From positions 2,425-66,424 of the forward strand of contig CACLRF010000002.1 of assembly GCA_902609235.1 (NCBI GenBank): 64,000 nucleotides of DNA. Reading direction: 5' to 3'. The position numbers and the translations under genes are program-made. Below, piece after piece: positions 28,461 through 38,496 of the stretch. Source of the DNA: an uncultured Pelagibacteraceae bacterium (GTDB lineage: Bacteria; Pseudomonadota; Alphaproteobacteria; Pelagibacterales; Pelagibacteraceae). How positions within the stretch are numbered: position 1 is the first letter of the stretch; each line of letters starts with the position of its first letter. The notes beneath the pieces were generated by a model. It had not been told where the DNA came from and searched no databases. It saw only the letters and a program-made list of their open reading frames with translations.

Positions 28461-29648
28461 ATGAGCAAAAATTCCAGCGATGTTGTTATTACTTCAGCAC
28501 TAAGAACTCCAATTGGAAGTTACAAAGGGTCGTTAAAAAATCTTAGCGCATCAAAATTAGGATCAATAGCAATTAAAGAGGTAATTTATAAATCAAAATT
28601 AGATTTAGAGGAGATTGATGAAGTAATTATGGGTCACGTTTTAACATCTGGACTTGGTCAAAACCCTGCAAGACAAGCTTCAATTGGTGCAGGAGTACCG
28701 GTTTCTAAACCTGCGCATATTATTAATCAGGTTTGTGGATCTGGATTAAGATCTGTTGTTTCAGGATATCAATCAATAAGTTTAGGAGAAAATAAAATAG
28801 TCATTGCAGGTGGTCAAGAAAATATGTCTCGAGCAACTCATGCAATTTATTATAGAGAAGATAAAAAATTTTCTGAAAAAAAATTAGTAGACACAATGAT
28901 AAAAGATGGTCTACTCGATTCATTTAATGATTATCATATGGGTGTTACAGCTGAGAATGTTGCTACAAAATATAAAATTTCTAGAGATGAACAAGATAAT
29001 TTTTCTTTAAACTCTCAGAAAAAAACAGAAAAAGCTTATAGCGAAAATAAATTTAAAGATGAGCTGATTAAATTACAAATAGAAGATGGTGATAAAAAAT
29101 TTGTTTTTGAAAAAGATGAACATCCTAGAGAAAATTTAAGTATAGATGATCTAAAAAAATTAAAAACAGTATTTAAAGAAAATGGGACTGTAACACCTGG
29201 TAACTCTTCAGGAATAAATGATGGTGCAGCTGCTTTGGTGTTAATGTCTAGAGAGCAAGCAGAAAAAAAATCGTTAGAATCATTAGTTAAAATTGTATCT
29301 TGGGCTACTTGTGGAGTTGAACCTTCATTAATGGGACTAGGACCCATACCTTCAATTCAAGAAGCTTTATCAAAGGCAAATTGGAAAATAGATGAGGTAG
29401 ATTTATTTGAAATTAATGAGGCCTTTTCAGCACAAAGTATTGCGGTAATTAAAGAATTAAAATTACCCGAGCAGAAAGTTAACGTCAATGGAGGGGCAAT
29501 TGCCTTAGGTCATCCGATTGGAGCTTCTGGGGCAAGAATTTTGGTAACTCTTATTCATGAAATGACCAAGCAAGATAAAAAAAAGGGTTGTGCGGCACTC
29601 TGTATTGGTGGTGGTATGGGAATAGCTATGTGTGTTGAGAGAAGCTAA
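28461..29648 (+). CDS. Acetyl-CoA C-acetyltransferase (thiolase, PhaA/AtoB type)
   Basis: QVCGSG, NEAF, GHPIGASG, CIGGGMG. Confidence 0.95.
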   Translation: MSKNSSDVVITSALRTPIGSYKGSLKNLSASKLGSIAIKEVIYKSKLDLEEIDEVIMGHVLTSGLGQNPARQASIGAGVPVSKPAHIINQVCGSGLRSVVSGYQSISLGENKIVIAGGQENMSRATHAIYYREDKKFSEKKLVDTMIKDGLLDSFNDYHMGVTAENVATKYKISRDEQDNFSLNSQKKTEKAYSENKFKDELIKLQIEDGDKKFVFEKDEHPRENLSIDDLKKLKTVFKENGTVTPGNSSGINDGAAALVLMSREQAEKKSLESLVKIVSWATCGVEPSLMGLGPIPSIQEALSKANWKIDEVDLFEINEAFSAQSIAVIKELKLPEQKVNVNGGAIALGHPIGASGARILVTLIHEMTKQDKKKGCAALCIGGGMGIAMCVERS

Positions 29649-29776
29649 AAAGCTTAATATTCATTTATTTTTTTATTTTTTGTATAATAAAAATACAAGA
29701 TTAACGAAAAAACCTTATTAATGTGATAAAATAAAATCCAATAATGTTTTTTTGGGTATATAAAACATTTTAAAAA

Positions 29777-32700
29777 ATGAGCGAAAAATTACTTGTTCCT
29801 GACATAGGTGACTTTGAAAATGTTGAGGTTATAGAGATACTTGTAAAACCTGGTGATCAAATTAAAGAAAATGATCCAATAGTTACAATTGAAAGTGATA
29901 AATCAAGTATTGAGATCCCTTCTACAATTGCTGGAAAAGTAGATAGTTTAGCAGTTAAAGTTGGTGATAAAGTTTCTAAAGGTGATTTATTGATTAATGT
30001 TACATCATCATCAAAAACATCATCAGAGAGCACTCTTCCAAAAGATACAGAAAATATAATAAAACAAGCTGAAGAAGCAATGACTGAAAAAAAACAGGAA
30101 AAGAATATTATATCTGAGCCTATAATTGAGAAAAAACAATCTACAATTCAAGTAGTTAATGGTACCGACGCTGATCCACTTGAAACCCAAGATTGGTTGG
30201 AATCTTTATCTGCAGTTATTTCTAAAGATGGAAATCAAAGAGCTCATTTTTTAATTAAAGAACTAATTAACAAAGCTTACCGTGAAGGCGCAAATATTCC
30301 TTATACTCAAAATACACCATACATTAATACAATACCTCCTGAGGCTGAGGTAAAGTCTAGTGGTGACCAAAATATTGAAAGAAGAATTAGATCTTTAATT
30401 AGATGGAATGCAGCAGCAATGGTAGTTCGAGCAAATAAAAAACATCCTGAGCTTGGTGGACATATCGGCACATTTGCATCTGCTGCAACATTATATGATG
30501 TTGGTATGAACCATTTTTGGAGAGCAAAAAATAATAAATTTGGTGGAGATTTAATATATTTTCAAGGACATAGTGCTCCTGGAATGTATGCAAGAGCATT
30601 TTTAGAAGGCAGATTAAATGAAAAACAATTAGATAGCTTTAGACAAGAGGTAAAACCTGGAGGTTTGTCATCATATCCACACCCTTGGTTAATGCCAAAA
30701 TTTTGGCAGTTCCCCACAGTATCTATGGGGTTAGGTCCAATGCTTGCTATATATCAAGCTAGGTACATGAAATATTTAATCAATAGAGGTTTGATTAAAG
30801 ATGAAGGAAGAAAAGTGTGGGCCTTTTTAGGTGATGGAGAAATGGATGAGCCAGAGTCGATGGGTGCAATCGGGCTGGCTGCAAGAGAGAATTTAGATAA
30901 TTTAATTTTTGTAGTTAATTGTAATCTTCAAAGATTAGACGGTCCAGTTAGAGGTAATGGAAAAATTATTCAAGAACTAGAAGGAAGTTTTAGAGGTGCT
31001 GGCTGGAATGTAATAAAGGTAATTTGGGGGTCGTATTGGGACTCATTGATATCTAACGATAAAACTGGTCAATTAGTAAAAATTATGAATGAAACAGTAG
31101 ATGGCGAGTATCAAGCAATGAAGGCAAGAGACGGTGCTTTTGTGAGAGAAAAGTTTTTTGGAAAATCAACTGAAACATTAGAATTAGTTTCAAGCATGTC
31201 TGATAAAGATATATGGCGACTCAATAGAGGTGGACATGATCCTCATAAAGTTTTTGCTGCATATGACAAAGCAACTAAACATCAGGGAAGCCCAACAGTG
31301 ATAATTGCAAAAACTATTAAAGGTTATGGAATGGGAAAAACAGGTGAAAGTGTGAATACTACCCACCAAACTAAAAAATTAGATGTTGATGACTTGATCT
31401 ATTACAGAGATCGATTTGATGTTCCTTTAACAGATGAACAGGTAAGAAATATTGAATATTTTAAGCCCGATGAAAAATCACCTGAAATAAAATACATTAA
31501 AGAAAGAAGAATTAAATTAGGTGGATTTTTACCTGAACGATCTACTTTTGCAAAACCAATAAAAGCACCAAATAAAGACATTTTTGATTTTATGAAAGTA
31601 TCGACTGGTGAAAAAGAAATGTCTACTACTATGTCACTTGTAAGAATGTTAACCAATTTATTAAGAGATAAAAATATATCTCCTAGATTAGTTCCAATTA
31701 TTCCTGATGAAGCCAGAACTTTTGGTATGGAAGGTTTTTTCCAAAAAATTGGAATTTATGCACATGAGGGACAAAAATATGAACCTGAGGATGCAGCTCA
31801 ATTAAGTTCTTATAGAGAAGATAAAAGTGGACAAGTTTTAGAGGAGGGTATCAATGAAGCAGGTGCCATGTCATCATGGATAGCTGCTGCCACTGCATAT
31901 ACTAATCATGATATTGAAATGATCCCAATTTATATTTTTTATTCAATGTTTGGTTTTCAAAGGATAGGAGATCTAGCTTGGGCAGCTGGGGATAGTCAGG
32001 CTAGAGGATTTTTGGTCGGTGCAACAGCTGGAAGAACAACGTTAGCTGGAGAAGGCTTACAACACCAGGACGGGCATAGTCATTTAATTGCATCAACTAT
32101 TCCAAATTGTGTAACTTATGATCCAACATTTCATTATGAATTAGCAGTAATTTTTCGAGAAGGTTTAAGAAGAATGCATGAGAAAAATGAGAATGTTTTT
32201 TATTATATTACAACAATGAATGAAAATTACCCGCACCCAGAAATGCCAAAAGATAAAAATTGCGAGGAAGGAATTCTAAAGGGTATGTATAAAATAAAAG
32301 AATTTAACAAATACAAAAAAACTAAAATCCAACTTTTAGGATCAGGAACCATCTTAAGAGAAATGATATCTGCTGCAGAGATTTTACAAAATGAGTATCA
32401 AATTGATAGTCAGATATGGAGTGTAACAAGTTTTAATGAATTAAGAAAAGATGGATTGGAGGTAGAAAGATATAATCTTTTGAACCCAGATAAAGAACCT
32501 AAAAAATCTTATGTTGAAAAATGCCTTGGTCAAACAGAGGGTCCAATTATGGCTGCATCTGATTATATGAGAATGAATTCAGATCAAATCAGACCTTATA
32601 CAAATAAAAGTTTTTATTCATTAGGAGCGGATGGTTTTGGAAGAAGTGATACAAGAAAAAATTTAAGAAAATTTTTTGAGGTAGATAAAGAACATTTGGT

Positions 32701-32815
32701 TGCTTACGGTTTAAGTATTTTAGCTAAAGAACAGCTTATAACTTCTAAATATGCAAAAGATGCAATGAAGAAGTATAATATTGATAGTAACAAACCAATG
32801 CCAACAAAATTATAA
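29777..32815 (+). CDS. aceE: Pyruvate dehydrogenase E1, homodimeric type, with an N-terminal lipoyl domain
   Basis: SYPHP, FPTVSMGLG, GDGEMDEPE, PDEARTFG, GEGLQH; residues 1-76 are a lipoyl domain (ESDKS). Confidence 0.96.
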   Translation: MSEKLLVPDIGDFENVEVIEILVKPGDQIKENDPIVTIESDKSSIEIPSTIAGKVDSLAVKVGDKVSKGDLLINVTSSSKTSSESTLPKDTENIIKQAEEAMTEKKQEKNIISEPIIEKKQSTIQVVNGTDADPLETQDWLESLSAVISKDGNQRAHFLIKELINKAYREGANIPYTQNTPYINTIPPEAEVKSSGDQNIERRIRSLIRWNAAAMVVRANKKHPELGGHIGTFASAATLYDVGMNHFWRAKNNKFGGDLIYFQGHSAPGMYARAFLEGRLNEKQLDSFRQEVKPGGLSSYPHPWLMPKFWQFPTVSMGLGPMLAIYQARYMKYLINRGLIKDEGRKVWAFLGDGEMDEPESMGAIGLAARENLDNLIFVVNCNLQRLDGPVRGNGKIIQELEGSFRGAGWNVIKVIWGSYWDSLISNDKTGQLVKIMNETVDGEYQAMKARDGAFVREKFFGKSTETLELVSSMSDKDIWRLNRGGHDPHKVFAAYDKATKHQGSPTVIIAKTIKGYGMGKTGESVNTTHQTKKLDVDDLIYYRDRFDVPLTDEQVRNIEYFKPDEKSPEIKYIKERRIKLGGFLPERSTFAKPIKAPNKDIFDFMKVSTGEKEMSTTMSLVRMLTNLLRDKNISPRLVPIIPDEARTFGMEGFFQKIGIYAHEGQKYEPEDAAQLSSYREDKSGQVLEEGINEAGAMSSWIAAATAYTNHDIEMIPIYIFYSMFGFQRIGDLAWAAGDSQARGFLVGATAGRTTLAGEGLQHQDGHSHLIASTIPNCVTYDPTFHYELAVIFREGLRRMHEKNENVFYYITTMNENYPHPEMPKDKNCEEGILKGMYKIKEFNKYKKTKIQLLGSGTILREMISAAEILQNEYQIDSQIWSVTSFNELRKDGLEVERYNLLNPDKEPKKSYVEKCLGQTEGPIMAASDYMRMNSDQIRPYTNKSFYSLGADGFGRSDTRKNLRKFFEVDKEHLVAYGLSILAKEQLITSKYAKDAMKKYNIDSNKPMPTKL

Positions 32816-34078
32816 ATGTCAGAAACCGAGATTAAAGTACCTAATATTGGAGATTTTAAAGATGTTGAGGTCATTGAGGTATTAGTTTCTGAAGGTCAAT
32901 CAATTAAAAAAAATGATGCTCTAATAACAATTGAAAGTGATAAATCTAGCGTAGAAATACCATCAAATTTAGAAGGTAAAATTAAAAATTTAAATATAAA
33001 AGTAGGAGACAAAGTTTCTGAGGGTGACTTAATTTTAATTGTAGAAAGTGATTCAGAAGTTAAAAAGGAAGAGGTTAAAGAAAAACCAGAAATTGAAAAA
33101 AAGTCAAAAAATATTGAGGTAATAAAACCTGAAATCCAAGAAGAAACTTTTTCTAAAAATAATATTTCAGACATTTCATCTGCAAGTCCAAAAGCTAGAA
33201 AATTTGCTAGGGAACTTGGTGTAGATATTAATCAAGTAACGGGAAGTCAGAAAGATGGTAGAGTTATTGAAGATGATATTAAAAAATTTGTTTCATCTAA
33301 TTCAAAAAACAATGTTGTAGTAAAAGATAGTAAACCAGATAAAATTAAAAACGAATTTGAACATTCTGATTTTGGTGAAATAGAAATTAAAGACATACCA
33401 AGAGTAAAAAAATTATCTTCAAAATATCTTACAAATTCATGGACAACGATTCCTCATGTTACAAATCACGATGAAGCCGACATAACTGAGATGGAAAGTT
33501 TTAGAAGTTCATTAACAGATATGTATACTGGAGAAAAAATTAAAATTACACCTCTAGCATTTATAATAAAGGCTTTAGTTGCATCTCTTAAGAAATTTCC
33601 TAGTTTTAATTCTTCTATCGACGAAATTGAGACTGGAAAAATGACTTTAAAACAATATTACCATATTGGGATAGCAGTTGATACGCCAAATGGATTAATG
33701 GTTCCAAAAATAAGAAATGCAAATAACAAAAAAATTTCTCTGATAAGTAAAGAATTAAAAGAGGTAAGCGAACTTTGTAGAAATTTAAAAATTGATAAAA
33801 AAGAATTGTTTGGCGGCTCGATGACGATTACGAGCTTAGGTGGTATAGGAGGTTCATTTTTTACTCCTATAATTAATTATCCTGAAGTTGCTATATTAGG
33901 AGTAGGAAGATCAGAAAAAAAACAGATTTTTATGAATGGGAAGTTTCAAACCAGGACTATGCTCCCAATTTCTTTATCTTATGATCACAGAATTATTGAT
34001 GGTGCAGAAGCAGCTAGGTTTAATAATGATCTAAAAGAAAACTTAGGCAAAAATTTTGCCTATAAATTAGCAGTATAA
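32816..34078 (+). CDS. aceF: Dihydrolipoamide acetyltransferase E2
   Basis: One lipoyl domain (ESDKS), ASPKARKFARELGV subunit-binding domain, DHRIIDG catalytic motif. Confidence 0.95.
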   Translation: MSETEIKVPNIGDFKDVEVIEVLVSEGQSIKKNDALITIESDKSSVEIPSNLEGKIKNLNIKVGDKVSEGDLILIVESDSEVKKEEVKEKPEIEKKSKNIEVIKPEIQEETFSKNNISDISSASPKARKFARELGVDINQVTGSQKDGRVIEDDIKKFVSSNSKNNVVVKDSKPDKIKNEFEHSDFGEIEIKDIPRVKKLSSKYLTNSWTTIPHVTNHDEADITEMESFRSSLTDMYTGEKIKITPLAFIIKALVASLKKFPSFNSSIDEIETGKMTLKQYYHIGIAVDTPNGLMVPKIRNANNKKISLISKELKEVSELCRNLKIDKKELFGGSMTITSLGGIGGSFFTPIINYPEVAILGVGRSEKKQIFMNGKFQTRTMLPISLSYDHRIIDGAEAARFNNDLKENLGKNFAYKLAV

Positions 34079-34108
34079 TTTTATCCAAAAGTTATTTAAA
34101 CATAGTAA

Positions 34109-35203
34109 ATGATAGAAAGTATCAAAATTTTACCTAACAGTTTAAGAGTACGATTTAAGAACAAATATGAGGAAAACTATCCTAATATTTGGCTTAGAGA
34201 TCATATAAAAGATGAGAGAAATTGGGACAAAAGGAGCCATCAAAGAAAAACTTTTACTGCATCTTTGGATTTAAATATTCAGATCAAAGAGGCTAAAGTT
34301 ATAGGCAATGGAAATTGCATAGATATTTTATGGGCTGATATGGATAGCTCTGTTCAATATTCTTACGAATACTTATTCAATAATATTTTAAACAATAAAA
34401 CTAAGCATAATAGTTTACGTCTTTGGAATAAAAATGAAATTCAAGACGATATATATATTAATTTTCAAAATTTATTAAAAGATGATGGATTTAAAATATT
34501 TCTAAAAAAATTATACAGTCTTGGTTTTTGTGTAATTACTAACTGTGAAACTAAATTAGAGACTGTTGGAATAATTGCTAATAAAATTGGCTACGTAAGA
34601 CAATCTATTTTTGGAGGTCTATGGGAATTTGAGTCAAACGAAGATATGGCTGATAGCGCATATACTCAAGAAGAGCTTAGACCACATACAGATTCAACTT
34701 ACAGCCATGATGCGCCAGGTTTACAATTATTACTTTGTTGCGATTATAAAGCAAGTGGTGGTGAATCTATAATGGTAGATGGTTATAATATTGGTGAGAC
34801 GATGAAAAATAATAATAAAGACTTATTTGATATACTGTCAAAAATAGATGTACCAGGAAAGTACATAGGCGACGGGGTGATACTTGAGGCCAAAAGACCT
34901 ATTTTCAAATTGGATAATAAAGAATTAGTTCAAGTTAGTTTTAACAATTATGATCGTACAGAATTTAGGATCGAAGAAAAAGTTACTAATAAATTCTATG
35001 AAGCAATTAAAAAATTTGATGAATTAGCAAACTCAGATAAGTTTCAATGGAGACATATCTTAAAACCTGGCGAATTATTAATTTTTAATAATTGGAGAAT
35101 TTTACATGGAAGGGGATCTTTTAATGGAAAAAGAAAAATGGCTGGTTGTTATATAAATATGGAAGATTTTATAAGTGCATGTAAAATCCATGGAATTCAG
35201 TAA
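34109..35203 (+). CDS. TauD/TfdA Fe(II)/2-oxoglutarate dioxygenase, trimethyllysine / gamma-butyrobetaine hydroxylase-like
   Basis: WLRDH N-terminal domain, HTD iron ligands, NWRILHGR. Confidence 0.85.
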   Translation: MIESIKILPNSLRVRFKNKYEENYPNIWLRDHIKDERNWDKRSHQRKTFTASLDLNIQIKEAKVIGNGNCIDILWADMDSSVQYSYEYLFNNILNNKTKHNSLRLWNKNEIQDDIYINFQNLLKDDGFKIFLKKLYSLGFCVITNCETKLETVGIIANKIGYVRQSIFGGLWEFESNEDMADSAYTQEELRPHTDSTYSHDAPGLQLLLCCDYKASGGESIMVDGYNIGETMKNNNKDLFDILSKIDVPGKYIGDGVILEAKRPIFKLDNKELVQVSFNNYDRTEFRIEEKVTNKFYEAIKKFDELANSDKFQWRHILKPGELLIFNNWRILHGRGSFNGKRKMAGCYINMEDFISACKIHGIQ

Positions 35204-35225
35204 ATTTTTCTAGGTTAGTAATCCT

Positions 35226-36119
35226 ATGACAAAATCCTTCTCAATAATATGTGCGTTGGTTACTACATTTATTTGGGGTACAGCATTTATTGCTCAAGAT
35301 ACTGGTATGGACAATATAGGTCCATTAACTTTTAACGCAGCTCGATTTCTAGTTGGTTTTATAACAATTTTACCATTTGCTTTATTTTTTGAAAAAAAAA
35401 AAATAATTAAACAGATACAATTAAATAAACCCAAGTTTTTTAAATATTTAATAATTATGGGTGTATCTTTATTTCTAGGTACCGCTTTGCAGCAAGCATC
35501 ACTTCAATACACAAACGTTGCAAATGCTGCTTTTTTTACGGTATTTTATGTTCCATTAGTTCCAATATTACTATTTTTTATATACTCACAAAAAGTACAT
35601 TGGAGTATTTGGCCCTCAATCGCTCTTTGTATATATGGAGTTTACTTATTAAGTAATTTTTCTGACTCAGAAATAATGAAAGGAGATGCTCTTGTAATCT
35701 TATGTTCTTTATTTTGGGCATTGCACATAATATTTGCAGGAAAATTTATGGAAACATTTGATATACCGGTATTTTATGCAGCTCTACAAGGATTTTTAGT
35801 GGCCACATTATCTATTTTGTCTGCTTATACTTTTGAAGAAGTAATTATCTCAAATATTTTTTTAGAAAGTTCTTCAATTATATATGCTGGAGTTTTATCT
35901 GGTGGTTTAGCTTTTACTCTACAAATGTTTGCGCAAAAAAATATTGAGGAAGCCCCAGCAGCAATCATATATTCTTTAGAAGGTGTCTTTGCAGTTATAG
36001 CTGCATGGATTATTTTACAACAAGTACTAAATGTTAATAATATAATTGGCTGTATCTTAATTCTAATTGCAGTTATTTTTTCACAATTAGCACCTAGTAT
36101 AAAAAAAATTAATAAATGA
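35226..36119 (+). CDS. DMT/EamA-family permease
   Basis: IWGTAF, FNAARF, AAIIYSLEGVFA; about 10 TM helices. Confidence 0.9.
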   Translation: MTKSFSIICALVTTFIWGTAFIAQDTGMDNIGPLTFNAARFLVGFITILPFALFFEKKKIIKQIQLNKPKFFKYLIIMGVSLFLGTALQQASLQYTNVANAAFFTVFYVPLVPILLFFIYSQKVHWSIWPSIALCIYGVYLLSNFSDSEIMKGDALVILCSLFWALHIIFAGKFMETFDIPVFYAALQGFLVATLSILSAYTFEEVIISNIFLESSSIIYAGVLSGGLAFTLQMFAQKNIEEAPAAIIYSLEGVFAVIAAWIILQQVLNVNNIIGCILILIAVIFSQLAPSIKKINK

Positions 36120-36873
36120 GATAAAATAAAATTAAAGCAATTAAAATTCTATAAATTACAAAAGCATTCATTGAAAATTTATTTATGTAAATTAAAAAGA
36201 ATTTAACTGTTAGAAAAGAAAAAATAAACGAAGATATAATTGCAATAACAACTAAGTAATTAAACTGAATTGATTGTTCAAAAATATCTTTTAAGCTTAA
36301 GACACTAGCTCCAGCCAACGCTGGGATTGAAAGTAAAAAAGATATCTTACTTGAGTCTACTCTATTAAATTTTAAAATTCTCGCAGCTGTTATAGTAATT
36401 CCTGCCCTACTCACTCCAGGTACAAGAGAGAAAATTTGGAAAATTCCTATAAATATTATTGACTGAAAATTTAAATTTGAAGAAATTTTTTTATCAAATC
36501 GATTTTTGTCTGAGATGTATAAAATTATTGCGAATATTAAAGTAGTCCAAGCAATTACTTCTAAATTTCTTAACTGATAAATTAAATTTGTACTATAAAG
36601 TATGTATCCAACAATTATTAATGGAATAGATCCCAATACAATTAAATTTAAAATTCTTTTATTTTTTCTGATATCAAACAATTCATCTTTAAAAAAATAA
36701 ATTATTGCTATTAGCGAACCTAGATGGAGGCTGATATCAATTAGCAAAGAACTAGATTTAAATTCATATAAAGTAGAAACCAAAATTAAATGAGCAGAAG
36801 AACTAATAGGTAGAAATTCAGATATTCCTTGAATTGCAGAGAGAATTAAAACTTCTATAATATTTTGAAACAT
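36109..36873 (-). CDS. uppP: Undecaprenyl-diphosphate phosphatase
   Basis: QGISEFLPISSSAH, PGVSRAG. Confidence 0.96.
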   Translation of the reverse strand: MFQNIIEVLILSAIQGISEFLPISSSAHLILVSTLYEFKSSSLLIDISLHLGSLIAIIYFFKDELFDIRKNKRILNLIVLGSIPLIIVGYILYSTNLIYQLRNLEVIAWTTLIFAIILYISDKNRFDKKISSNLNFQSIIFIGIFQIFSLVPGVSRAGITITAARILKFNRVDSSKISFLLSIPALAGASVLSLKDIFEQSIQFNYLVVIAIISSFIFSFLTVKFFLIYINKFSMNAFVIYRILIALILFYLIY

Positions 36874-37056
36874 TATTTCTTCGTAACTTATAAATTATTT
36901 ATTTAAAACAATTCGATTTAAGCATAATAGCTATGCAATAATTAAAAACTTGTTTATTGGCGGTAATAATTTAAAAATTAAGGTCAATATATATGACCTA
37001 TTTTATGCTTTATATACATAAATCAAGGTATATTTTGCCGAAACTTAAATAATATT

Positions 37057-38496
37057 ATGTCAGATAAAATGCTCAAATTTGTTAAAATAGGTCAACAAAC
37101 TCCACCTAAAAGGAAAGTTGATACGAGAAAGAAAGATTTTAACGAAATTTATGATGAGTATATCAATGAAAAAGCCAAAGAACAGTCGAGTAGGTGTTCG
37201 CAATGTGGAGTACCTTTTTGCCAAGTTCATTGTCCTTTAAGTAATAACATTCCAGATTGGCTTAAACTGACAGCAGAGGGAAGATTAAAAGAGGCATATG
37301 AATTATCCCAAAGCACAAACAATATGCCTGAAGTGTGTGGCCGAATTTGCCCCCAAGATAGATTATGCGAGGGAAATTGTGTGATTGAACAGTCTGGTCA
37401 TGGAACAGTAACTATTGGATCAGTAGAAAAATATATTACAGATAATGCTTGGGCCGAGGGCTGGGTAAAACCAATTAAGGTAACGAATGAAAAAAATCAA
37501 AGCGTAGGAATTATAGGAGCAGGTCCTGCTGGTTTAGCTGCTGCAGAACAATTAAGAAAAAATGGATATAAAATTACTGTCTACGATAGATATGATAGAG
37601 CAGGAGGATTATTAATTTATGGAATTCCAAATTTTAAATTAGAAAAAGAAGTTGTAGAGCGAAGAACGAAACTTTTAAAGGACGGAGGAATTGAATTTGT
37701 TCAAAATTTTGAAGTTGGTAAGGATGCAAGCCTAGATCAATTGAGAAAAAAACATGACGCAATTTTAATTGCAACAGGAGTTTATAAAGCAAGAGAAGTA
37801 AACTTACCTGGAAATGATCTTGATAATATCTTTCCTGCAATGGATTTTTTAACAGCATCTAATAAAAAAGGTCTAGGAGATGATGTTGAGTTATTTGATA
37901 AAGGAATTTTAAATGCAGAAGGTAAAGATATTGTTGTAATCGGTGGAGGTGACACAGCAATGGATTGTGTAAGAACTTCTATAAGACAGAAGGCAAAATC
38001 TGTTAAATGTTTGTATAGAAGAGATAAAGAAAATATGCCAGGATCTGCTAGAGAAGTTGCAAATGCAGAAGAAGAGGGCGTTGAGTTTGTTTGGTTATCA
38101 AGTCCTAAAGAATTTAAAGGTACAAATAAAGTAGAAAAAATAATTGTAGATCAAATTAAATTAGGTGATCCAGACGAGACAGGAAGAAGAAAGCCACAGG
38201 TACAAGAAGGATCAAGTTACGAAACAAAAGCAGATATGGTTATCAAAGCACTAGGTTTTGATCCTGAGGATTTACCAAATTTATTTGATAGTAGTGAATT
38301 ACAAGTAACAAAGTGGGGAACTATTAAAACAGATTTTGATACTATGGAAACAAATATAAAAGGGGTGTTTGCTGCTGGTGATATAGTTAGAGGAGCTTCA
38401 TTAGTTGTTTGGGCAATAAAAGATGGAAGAGATGCAGCAGCTTCAATTAAAATTTATCTAGAGAGTAAATCTAAAGTGGAAAAAAGAGTGGCTTAA
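37057..38496 (+). CDS. gltD: Glutamate synthase small subunit
   Basis: RCSQCGVPFC..CP, GRICPQDRLCEGNC, GAGPAG, GGGDTAMDC. Confidence 0.97.
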   Translation: MSDKMLKFVKIGQQTPPKRKVDTRKKDFNEIYDEYINEKAKEQSSRCSQCGVPFCQVHCPLSNNIPDWLKLTAEGRLKEAYELSQSTNNMPEVCGRICPQDRLCEGNCVIEQSGHGTVTIGSVEKYITDNAWAEGWVKPIKVTNEKNQSVGIIGAGPAGLAAAEQLRKNGYKITVYDRYDRAGGLLIYGIPNFKLEKEVVERRTKLLKDGGIEFVQNFEVGKDASLDQLRKKHDAILIATGVYKAREVNLPGNDLDNIFPAMDFLTASNKKGLGDDVELFDKGILNAEGKDIVVIGGGDTAMDCVRTSIRQKAKSVKCLYRRDKENMPGSAREVANAEEEGVEFVWLSSPKEFKGTNKVEKIIVDQIKLGDPDETGRRKPQVQEGSSYETKADMVIKALGFDPEDLPNLFDSSELQVTKWGTIKTDFDTMETNIKGVFAAGDIVRGASLVVWAIKDGRDAAASIKIYLESKSKVEKRVA

